The position numbers and the translations under genes are program-made. A stretch of DNA of 64,000 nucleotides from Piromyces finnis finn (lineage: Eukaryota > Fungi > Neocallimastigomycota). This document shows, piece by piece, positions 53,384-64,000 of the stretch. Below the pieces are notes generated by a model. That model ran no database searches. It was not told the origin of the DNA and saw only the letters and a program-made list of their open reading frames with translations. The stretch is from the NCBI GenBank assembly GCA_002104945.1, contig MCFH01000039.1, positions 124,001 through 188,000 on the forward strand, written 5' to 3'. Within the stretch, counting starts at the first letter, position 1; every line of letters begins with the position of its first letter.

Positions 53384-53998
53384 ATGGAAAGTAAAACTTG
53401 GGATAATTTTGCACCTTTTTACAATATTTTTATGAAAAAGGATAAAAAAGCGTATGATGAAATGTATCGTTCCATTCAAAAAGTTGTTACCAACAAAGTA
53501 GTATTAGAATTGGCAACAGGTACTGGATTAATTGCAAAAAATATAGCTAGTGTTGCAAAACATATTGATGCCACGGATTATTCCCCAAAAATGATAAAAC
53601 AAGCCAATAAAGGTAAAAAACCTAGTAATGTTTCCTTTGAAATTCAAGATGCCACTAATTTAAAATATGCGGATAATTCCTATGATGTGGTTATCATAAG
53701 TAATGCTTTACACCTTATTCCGTCACCTGAAAAGGCAATTGCTGAAATAAAAAGAGTTTTAAAGGATGATGGTATTTTGGTTTGTCCAAACTTTTTAAAA
53801 AGGGATTTGAATCAATTGCCATTAATTAAAAAAATTGCAATGAAATCAATTAATAATTTAGGTTTTCAAACCGTTCATCAATGGTCAGAAGAAGAATATT
53901 TAGCATATTTAGAATCTCAAAATTTCGCCATCTTGAATCATAAAGTATTAGATTCTACTCTTCCTTTATGCTATGTTGAATGTAAAGAGAAAAAATGA
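53384..53998 (+). CDS. Class I SAM-dependent methyltransferase (UbiE/Methyltransf_11/25-like), intronless, bacterial-like
   Basis: VLELATGTGL (motif I), ATDYSPKMI, YADNSYDVVIISNALH, EIKRVLKDDGILV; single exon of 204 aa. Confidence 0.92.
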   Translation: MESKTWDNFAPFYNIFMKKDKKAYDEMYRSIQKVVTNKVVLELATGTGLIAKNIASVAKHIDATDYSPKMIKQANKGKKPSNVSFEIQDATNLKYADNSYDVVIISNALHLIPSPEKAIAEIKRVLKDDGILVCPNFLKRDLNQLPLIKKIAMKSINNLGFQTVHQWSEEEYLAYLESQNFAILNHKVLDSTLPLCYVECKEKK

Positions 53999-56680
53999 AA
54001 CTTTTAAACTCTTTAAATTTTTTAAAAATAATGAATATAAATTTATTATCAACATTTATATATATATATATTTTCAAATACAATAAATAAAAAAAATTAC
54101 TTTTTTTTTTTTATATAGATGACTTTTTACTATTTATGTATTGTTTATTACTTTTATTAAAGAGTATTAATATTGTTAATTAATATTACCCACCCAAAGT
54201 CCAATTTTTCAAATACTTTTTAAAAGATTTCTTTTTTAAGCATGTTAATCAAATAACATTTTTTTTTATCGACAAGAGAATATACCAATATTATCAGAAT
54301 ATACAAAAGAATTATTTTTATATATATTTTTCTTTTACTAAATAATCCTCTTTTTCTTTTTCTTTTTAAAACTTTTCTTTTTACTTTACACTTTTTTTTT
54401 TTTAATAATAAAATGTTATTGTGGTGATAATCCTTTCAAAGGTTGAACACTTTATAAATCAAGTTTTATACTTTTTTTTTTTTGGCGATTCTATTTACTC
54501 AACATTTCCAATATTTCCAATATTTAATTCTTTTACTAAACATTGCTTTTATTTAATAAAAACACTTCACTTCTCTTTGACCTCTTCACCCATTCCCATA
54601 AAAACTTTTTTTTTTTTAAAAATCATCCATTTCACTTTTTTTAATTAATTAATAAAAATTTAAATTAAATGTATTTATTTATAATATATACATAATATAT
54701 TATCATCATATATTAACAATGCATTTATTTAATTTTTTGTATTTAATTTTATTTTTTTTTTTTTTGGTCTTTTAACCTTTATTCTTTTTTATTTTTTTTA
54801 AAAAAAAAGAAAAAGCAAAAGCTTTTAAAAATAAAATCATTTAGAAAAGTTGTTGCTACAATTGAAACTATAATAATAAAAAATAATAATAAAAATAATA
54901 GAAAAAAAAATAAAAGAAAAAGAAAGAACTTTTTAAAAAAATTGTTATTTATCTAGGAATTTATTAAAAAAAAAAAAATATATATATTTTTGTATATATA
55001 TAGTTTTTAAGTAAAACCCATTACTATAAATTGCTTCTTTTTCATTTTATTATTATTATTATTATTATTATTTTATTAATATTATTTCAATTTATAATAG
55101 TTTTTATGAAATACAATGTAATAGTATTTTAAAATTTTTATATGTCATATAGCAATCAATAATAGCAATAATTATATAAAGTTTAAAAAATAAAAAAGCT
55201 AAATAAAACGACATTAAATAAAAAAAGAAATTATAAAGTAAGTGGATAAAGTAAAAAAAAAAAAAAAAAACATCCTTAGATTTTTTATAAATTATGCAAT
55301 GTTCTTATATATTTATTTCGAAATTTTAAATAAAGAGAACAACAAACAACAACATATTAAACACAGAAATATTTTGTTAAAAAAAAAAAAAGATTTTATA
55401 GAGGCAATACCATAAGCAGTAATTTGAAAATATCAATAGAACCATTAATAAGTTTATGTAGAGTAACTGTTAAATGTTAACCGTATTTATTAAAAGTAGA
55501 GATTGTAAGAAAAAGTGTTATGATAAAAGTTGAAATTGAATTTCATTAATTGTAGGCAGTAAAAATTAATCATTTTAATAAAGATAATTTTATTTTAGTG
55601 AAATATATATAACTAGAGTTAAATCATAATTGGTAATTAAATGAACTATTATCCATTGTAATGGTGGTGTTACGACTATTTTTTTTTAAGAAAGAAAAAC
55701 AATTAGGAAAACTTTCAATATACAATTATAATAATGGATACAATACTTGATAAAGTTTAAAACAGTTTTGAAAACAATGTCTAAATAAAAAAATTAGAGT
55801 ATTATTACTCCACTTTTTTTTTTTTTTTCTAAAAGTTGAAAATAATAAAATTACTTTTCTGAACAGAAAAAAAAATATTGATATTTGAAATGTTTATATA
55901 TAAAAAAAAAAGATATTAGATATCAATAGTTAATTTATTAAAAAAAAAAAAAAAAAGATTATTAATACTAATTATATTTATACTTGTATATAAAAATTTA
56001 TTTTTAAAGCTATAGAAAATAAAGCGCTTAAAATCAAATCTATTAACTTAATTTACTAAATAAATAAAAAAAAACAGCAATAATAATAACAGCAATAAGA
56101 ATAATTATTATTATACATTCTCAATTAAAAATAAAAAAAAGTAAAAAAAAAAAAAAAAACGACAAAAGTAAGATTTTCTTAAAAAAATATTAAAAATGTA
56201 TTTTTAATCAACATTTTATTAATTATAATTAAATTTATTTTTTTAAAACAGCGTAGTATAATAAACATTAAAGTCTAAATTCTATCGTCCTCTTCATTTA
56301 TAAAGTAAATATTTTTATAAAATGTTTTTTTACAAGTGTCAATATTATGTCTAATCAATTTTTCTTTTTTTCTTTTCTTTCTTTCTTTTTTTATCAAACT
56401 ATATAATCTATAATTATTTTATACCTACAGTGAAATAAATTCTAAATTACATTTCGAAAATCGAAAATCTTTTTTAAAAACAATTTAAATAATTTTAATT
56501 AAAAAAAGTAACTTTCATTCCATATTATTATTATTGTTAATACATTTTTTTAAATACACGTATACTGGAATTAAAGAAATTAACAATTACATATATATTT
56601 CTTTTCTTTTCTTTATTTTTACTATACCACCTTTTCATTATACAATAATAATTACCAAAAATTAATTTATAGATTTAATA

Positions 56681-59600
56681 ATGCTTCCAATACCACCAAG
56701 AGAAAATTTAAGTTCAAAATGTGTTGATTCCATTTTATACAAAGATCAAAGATATATTGTATGTCAACATTTTATATTTATCAAAATAATTACATTCAAT
56801 ACATTTACTTTTGATAAAATAAAAAAATAAATTTTTATTATGATAATAAAGAAATTTTAACAAAATGTTTATTATAAATAATAAATACAATGAATACAAT
56901 ATAATGGTAATCTTAGGCTTATGGTAGTTTAAATCAAGTCTTTATATATGATTCAAATTTTAACTATATACAAAAAATAATAGTTGATGGAAGTCAGGAA
57001 CAAGTCAACACTTTAGCTTTCAGTGAAAATGCCAAAGTATGAACTATGCCATTAATATAATAATGATATAGCCTTATTATTTAAATAAATATAGATTTTA
57101 ATGATAATATTATTAATATAACATTCAATGTTGGATATCCTTTTTTTTTTATAGTTGGCTGTAGGCTATGAAGCATCTATTATTATTTATATACCAAATG
57201 AAGAAGGATCAAATACTATTCGTTGGGTAATGCAAGAAATTATTCCATATTCAAATCCAAAATGTCTTGATTGGAATGATAATAATAATGAAGGTATGTT
57301 ATTTTTTGTGATTTTTATTCTTAATGATTATTAATATTAGTAATAACTAATATTAGTAATAATTAATATTAGTGATTATAAGTATTAATGACGATAAATA
57401 TTAAGGATAATCAAAATTAATGGTTATTAATATTAGTAATATTAATATTAGTAATGTTAATATTAGTAATAATTAATATTAGTGTTAGTGATTATAAGTA
57501 TTAATGATAATAAATATTAGGGATAATTAATTTTTTTTTTAAAAAAAAAAAAAGAGAAAAAGTATCAAAATGTGGGGTTATCATTTTGTTAAATTATATA
57601 TTTTAATTAAACATAATAGAATTTTTATTAGCTGGTAGTAAAAAGTTAACTCTTTGGAGAAACAGAACTTGTAAGCCTCCAACGTCAGAAGGAACTAAAG
57701 ATCTTACAAATTTGTCTGAAACCAATGAATTAGAAACATCTTCCATAACCGTTACTTCATTGTCTGTACAGGAAAATATTAAAACTAGCGAAAAAATATA
57801 TGAATTAATATGGGAAGAAGAGTAAGTTTTTATTAGTTGGAAGTTTCTTTGGAATAATATAGACACAGTTGAAATTATAGTTTTGTGAAATCCAAAAAAT
57901 AAAAAAATAAGAGTTTAAAAAATTTAATAAGAAAGACATACTATGGATAATATGGATATAGAATAGAAACGTTAAATGTTCTAGATATCTATTGAATATA
58001 AAACAGATACTCTAAATACACTAGATTTATAATCAATATAAAATAGATATATAGAGAAAAAAAAAATTGAAATATATTTTAAATTTGAATTAATATTAAT
58101 ATTTATAATATATATATATTTAAAAAATAAAGATCAGCAAGTGAAATATCTATTGTTTCTTTTTCACCAGATGGTACTTTTTTTGCTACTTTAACTGACG
58201 TAACTATACATTTTTTTTTTATAAAAAATAATATATAATTAAAACAATTCTTTTAATAATAATTATTTTTTTTAATAATTGAAAAAGTATGATAGTTTAG
58301 TAAAAATCTGGTATAAAAGAAATTTTGTTGAAAGTGATTGTAAGTATATATATATTATAAATAGGAACTCAATGAAATAGTAATATATCAATATTTAATT
58401 TCCTTTTTTCGTTCATTCACATTCTCACATTCTCTCCCGATATTTTTTTTTGCGTATAGACGCTTCAATGAATTCGGAAACAAGTTCCTTTAGATATGAT
58501 TTCCTTTACCTCTCTCACCCAAGATCTGTAGTTAGTTTTGATTGGAGAAAGACGGTTAAAAAGAATAGGTAAATGTTTGTTTATATTATTATTAGGGAAA
58601 ATTATATCAGTATAGATATAGACATTTTTTTTTTTTTTTCGAAAAAGTAAAAAGATTATTAACATTAATGTGTGTATATCCGATATATAATGAAATGTAA
58701 TATAATTATTGAAATGGCTAAACTTCATTACAAATGTTAATGATAGTAAAAAGAATAATAACATCTTATTAACTATGTGTCGTGATAATATTTGTCGTCT
58801 TTGGGCACAAAACAATGATGAAAATAATAATTATAAATTCTTCATGTGTAAAATGATTGAACCATTCTGTTTACCACCATCCTTAAATCATACCCCTGTT
58901 AGTGAACCAAAAATTTCATATGTTCATTGGATTGATAATCGTGAAATTCATAGAGCTATTTATTCTGCCAATGTTATTGAAAAAAGAAAATTCCAAAAGA
59001 AATGGATTCAAAAAACTAGTGAAAATCCAAATAAAATTCAAAAAGAATTAAAAGATATTCTCAAGGAAAATCAAGATATGCTTTTCCATGTTTCTCCAGA
59101 TGGTACTGTTGTTATTTGGGGTGTTCAGGTAATTAAATTTTTCATAATAGATAAAATTTATAGTATTTAAATACAATTTTTTTTTCTCTCTTTTTTTATG
59201 ATTTCTTGTTTTATTTTCACATTATTTATTTAATTATATTATATTATTTTATTTTAATAAAAATAGAATCTTAATACTTATCCAATAAGTATTCCACATT
59301 TGGTGGTATTAATTAAAATTCCAAAAGCCTTTTCACCATCAGATTTTAGTTTCTTTAAATCCCCAGTTTTAATATATAGTAATCCAGCTGCTCAAGAATT
59401 AAATGGTATGCTTTATTGCTATTTTTATTTTTTAATCTTTCTATTCCCATAGATTAATTTTTTTTTTATGAAAATTCAATATTCACTTAATTTATATTTA
59501 TATTTATTGTATAATATATTTATTTTTTTTTTTTCCTTTTAGCTTTATGTTCTTCACCAGAATTAATGGTTATTGCCCATAATCATAGAGGTATTATAAA

Positions 59601-62600
59601 TTGTTACGAAATGAATTTGTATAATATTTTCTTGAGTTCTCAAGAAATTCATTTCAGAATGGTTTATTCATGGGCAGCTCATCAAAATTCTATTACAAAT
59701 TTAATTTGTCATCCAAACCTTCCATACATTGCTACTTCTGACAGTAAAAAGGAAATTATGATTTGGTACAATAATGGTATTCAGGTTAGAAAATGAAAAT
59801 AAAAAGTTTAATATATATATATTAAAAGTTAATGAGAAAAAAAGTAAAGAGAGTATAATTTTTAGGCATTTCAATTTATTAATTATTCCTTTATTACAAT
59901 TTTATATTATTTATTAAATGAAAATTACAATTATGGGTATAGGCTAAAAAAAGTTTAGATTGGGTTACAAGTATTAATATTAATGAATCCAATGCATTAT
60001 TTGAATGGTTTACCGAAGGTATGTTAAAGAGATATCATCGTATTATAATACCATTTATTATTTTACAATTGAAGAAATTAACTTATAATTATTATTGTTT
60101 TTTTTTTTTTTAATAAAATCATTATTATTTCTAGGTCCATATATTTATGTTTATCAAGATAATAAAATAAATATTTATGTTCTTACCGATAGAGCTATTC
60201 AAAATGTTATATCTTTTGAAATGAATGAATATCCAATTATTTATATGAACACTTTTTCAAAGAAAAAATCTTCCTATTTATATGCCTTAAGTTCAAATAC
60301 AAATACCCTTTTTATTTGGAAGGTTCAATTAAAAGAAGATGATTATAAAATGACATTAATATACAAATCAAATATTGATTTAAATGATTATGGTAAAATT
60401 TTAAAAGTTGTATCCTTGAGTGATTTTTCTTCCGCTTTCACCTATACTAATATTCCAATTGGTCTCTTTGGTACCTATACCGAAGATAAAAGTTTAATTT
60501 ATTGGCATATTGGTGATGAAAAAGCTTTATATAATTCGGAAGATGTTATTACCGAAAATCTTTTAGTGAAATCGGTTGAAAAGAAACTTAATGATCCTGT
60601 CATTTTAATTAAAAATTCCAAATTAAATACTTTAGCCATTGGTAATTTTTTTTTTAATAGTTTAAATAGTTCTTGAAAAAAAAAAAAAAAAAAAACCCTT
60701 TTTTTTTTTAGTATTAATATCTTATTTTCAAATATTTCATATTTTCATTTACAGTTACGGAATGTGAAGGTAAACATAAATTGAATATTTTCATTAATGA
60801 TATTTACAATTTAGTTATCAAGCGTCAATTTTCAATGACCTTAAGGTATGTCCTCCTAAATTTTATAAAAGAAAAATTGGATAAATGTGTATAAATACAA
60901 TATTAATTTATATTAATATCTAAATATAAAATTATCCATTTATATTACTTTTTTATAAATAAAAAAAAAAATATAAAACTATCTATTAATATTAATTTTA
61001 TATAATATAAATAAAATTAAAACTTTAACCGTTTTATAGTTCCAAAGTATATGATATGGATTGGTATTTCACCAGTGAAGGACAACAATTCTTAGCTATT
61101 GGATTTGAAAAAGAAGTTCATATTTTATGTAGAACAAAAAAAAGTGAAGAAAAACCACAATATGTCAAATGGGAGGCATTTAGTAAGGTTCCATACCCTG
61201 AAGAAACAAAAGAGTGAGTTTTTCCTTTTTTTTATTAATAAGTATAAAGAAAAAATTTTGTGTTAATTTTTTTTTTTATAATTTTTATTTTTCAATATTA
61301 TATTTCATTTTTAGGGAAGGAAGTAAAAAATTAATTAAATGGCTTGAAAATGGTACGCTCATTTATGCCAATAAATTTGTAATTTATTCTATAGATAAAT
61401 GGGTACTTCCACAAAATCAAGGTATTTTTTTTTTTTTAAAAAAATTTTGAATTATTAAATTTTTTAAAAAGTAATATTTCATTATTAATTTAATATTAAT
61501 TTGATTTTTTTTTCTTTTTCTTTTTAGATATTATTCATAAACCAAAGGCCAATTTATTATTATCTGCAAATGATAAAACTCACAGACTTCCATTGTATCA
61601 CCCACAACATTTATTAAGTTATATTTTGTGGGGTCGTTATAATGTTGCTAAGGATGGTTTAAATATTCTTTATCATTACCTTTCATTAATGAGAAAGGCA
61701 GAAAAAGAAATTAAGGAAATACCATCTCCATTATGGTCATTGTTTGAAGAAGAAGTAACTAATTCTTTGACTTTTTTATATCTATTAAAATGAAACAAGA
61801 TCAATTAAAATTTATTAATTTATCTTTTTTTTTATTATTTTTTTAATTATAGAATGAAACTGTTAGTCAAAGTAAAAAATACAATTTCTTATTCCGTACC
61901 TCTATTGAAGAAGAGTAAATTTAATATAATATATTTTTATTTTTAGAAATTTTTAAAAAATTTAGTACTAGAAATTTATGACAATTAATATATATATATA
62001 TATTTTTTTTTTTTTTGATTCTATTAACAGAAATACCGAGGATGAAAATACTTTTACAAATGAAAAAGCTAGATTATTAACAGAATATTTATATCAAATC
62101 AAGTTACCATATATTAATAAGCATGATCAAATGAACCTTGTTGGTATTGTTAACATTTTATTATCAGTAAGTTTTTCCAATAACTATATATTTAATTAAA
62201 TTCAATTTCAATTCAGGAATATAGACAAGATAAATTAATCCTATAAAAATTATTAAAATATTAATAAAAAAAAATTTAGACTACTGAGCAAAAAACTCAA
62301 CTTGATGAAAATGGTATGAGATATTTGATATCTATGAAGCTTTTCACTTACTCTAGAAAGTTTATTTCCCAAAATGCCCAATTAAACTTTAGAGATATAA
62401 CATGGGCTTACTATAGTGAATCACAGGTAAACCATAAAATAATAACCTATAAATTTTTTTTTTTAAAAAAAAAAAAGTCTCATCCTATTTATTTACCATT
62501 ATGTATTCTAGGATGTTTTAATTAATTTCTGTAAAAATTCATGTGGTGAAAAATTCTTGTGGAAAGATGCAAGAGCTCTAGGTTTAGGTTTCTGGATCAA

Positions 62601-64000
62601 GAATAATGCTACATTGGTAATTTTATTTATTTCAACCTATCATTATTAATAGTTATTATTTTATCCATTTATGTTTTTTTAACTTTTTTTTTTTCCCCTC
62701 TTATAGCGTCGTCAAGTTGAACTTATTGCAAGAAATCAATATATGAATAATGGTGAAAATAATCCATACAATTGTTTCATTCTTTATATGGCCATGAGAA
62801 AATTAAAGGTTGTTATAGGTCTTTGGAAGAATGCTGTCTGGCATCCAGAACGTGAAAAGATGTTGAATTTCTTAGATCATGATTTTACTGATTCTAGATG
62901 GCAAAAGGCTGCTTTAAAAAATGCTTTTGCTTTATTAAGTAAAAGAAGATTTGGTAAAGTATTAAATACACTCACGAATCCTATTAAAATAATAATAATG
63001 AAAAAAAAAATTTTTTTTTCTTTTAATTTATATAAACCATTATTCAATTTTTTTTTTTATTATTCCTATATATAAATTATCATTCTAATCTTGGTTATTT
63101 TTAATTTATTTTTAATTCAATAGAAAATGCTGTTGGTTTCTTCTTATTAGGTGATAGATTATCCGATGCTGTAAATGTTTGTATAAAACAATTAAATGAT
63201 GTTCAATTAGCTATTACTATTTGTAGATTATATGAAGGTAGGAACAAAACTATTTAGAAATAATATTAATGAATAGTTGATCTAGAATAGAACTATTTAG
63301 AAATAATATTAATGAATAGTTGATCTAGAACAAAATAATATATATATATGCATATTTATTTCTAATATATTATTATGTTTATTCTAATTCTAGGTGATGA
63401 TAGTGAAGTTTTAAGGGATTTATATACAAACTATTTATTACCACAAGCTATTAAGAACAATGATAGATGGCTTGCTAATCACATTTTCTCCTACTTGAAC
63501 GATAAAGAAAACACTTTACAATCTATCTTTGTAAATATTTATTTCCTTTTCTATTTTTTGATTTTTCTTTTTTTTTTTTGTTCAAAAATAAATTTTAAAA
63601 ATGTATATATATACATTATAATTAACAATTCATTTTGATTCGTGTGTATGTATAGGTTCCATTGGATTCTTTCAAAGATAGGATTACTTCCCAATCCTAT
63701 ACTGATTTATCAGGTTTTGAATATTTCCAAGAAACTAAAGCAGAAGATCCAATTTTATTAATTTTATATCAAAATTTAAAGGATAACTATAAAAGTTTAC
63801 GTATGCCAGTTAATGTTACCCCATTCCAGGAAAAGAAACTTATTTTCAAGGCCATTAATTCTTATGAAATTATGGGTTGTCCAATGCTTTCTTTAGATTT
63901 AATTAATAAATATTCTGAAACTTTATTAAAAACAGAAGAAGAAGAAGAAAAGCTTTATCATCCAAAAGAGTAAGTCATTTTAATAAATTTTATTATTAAA
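56681..64000 (+). CDS. RAV1: RAVE complex subunit Rav1 / rabconnectin-3alpha (DMXL)-like; runs off the window end
   Basis: WD40-type exons (SFSPDGTFFAT, YLSHPRSVVSFDWRK, LLTMCRDNICRLW) and Rav1p_C motifs (YHPQHLLSYILWG, LWKNAVWHPEREKMLNFL..FTDSRWQKAALKNAFALLSKRRF, DAVNVCIKQLNDVQLAITICRLYEG). Confidence 0.93.
57330..57530. repeat. Intronic minisatellite of TAATATTAG(TAA) units within a duplicated ~80-bp block (RAV1 intron)
   Basis: Two alignable blocks ending ..GTGATTATAAGTATTAATGA..TAAATATTA.GGATAAT. Confidence 0.85.
63248..63330. repeat. 40-bp perfect tandem duplication (period 43) in a RAV1 intron
   Basis: AACTATTTAGAAATAATATTAATGAATAGTTGATCTAGAA at 63248 and 63291. Confidence 0.95.

Overview
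Extremely AT-rich, intron-dense eukaryotic DNA with long homopolymers and GT-AG introns. Composition and gene content fit an anaerobic gut fungus (Neocallimastigomycota); this is inference from composition, not a database hit. Left to right: the 3' part of a TmcB/TmcC-like membrane protein gene; a ~2.25-kb x4 tandem array of two-exon genes for small secreted Cys-domain + Gly/His/Ser (or Gly/Arg/Tyr) proteins with hydrophobic C-termini; HRD3/SEL1L; MED9; HSC20/Jac1; an intronless F-box/LRR gene; three tandem paralogous non-coding segments with pairing-preserving hairpins (31.55-32.70 kb); Rap1; a ~5-kb gene-free stretch; an NT5DC-type 5'-nucleotidase; head-to-head SMD1 and SRP14; an EI24/Rrt8-like gene; an intronless bacterial-like methyltransferase; and the 5' part of RAV1. 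The most notable unexplained items are (i) a ~520-nt structured, tRNA-headed, A-tailed element at 52.69-53.21 kb whose last 46 nt recur at 49.0 kb inside a perfect 26-bp target-site duplication (candidate SINE), (ii) the triplicated structured non-coding segments downstream of Rap1, and (iii) the recombining tandem array of small secreted proteins. All gene models were spliced by eye.
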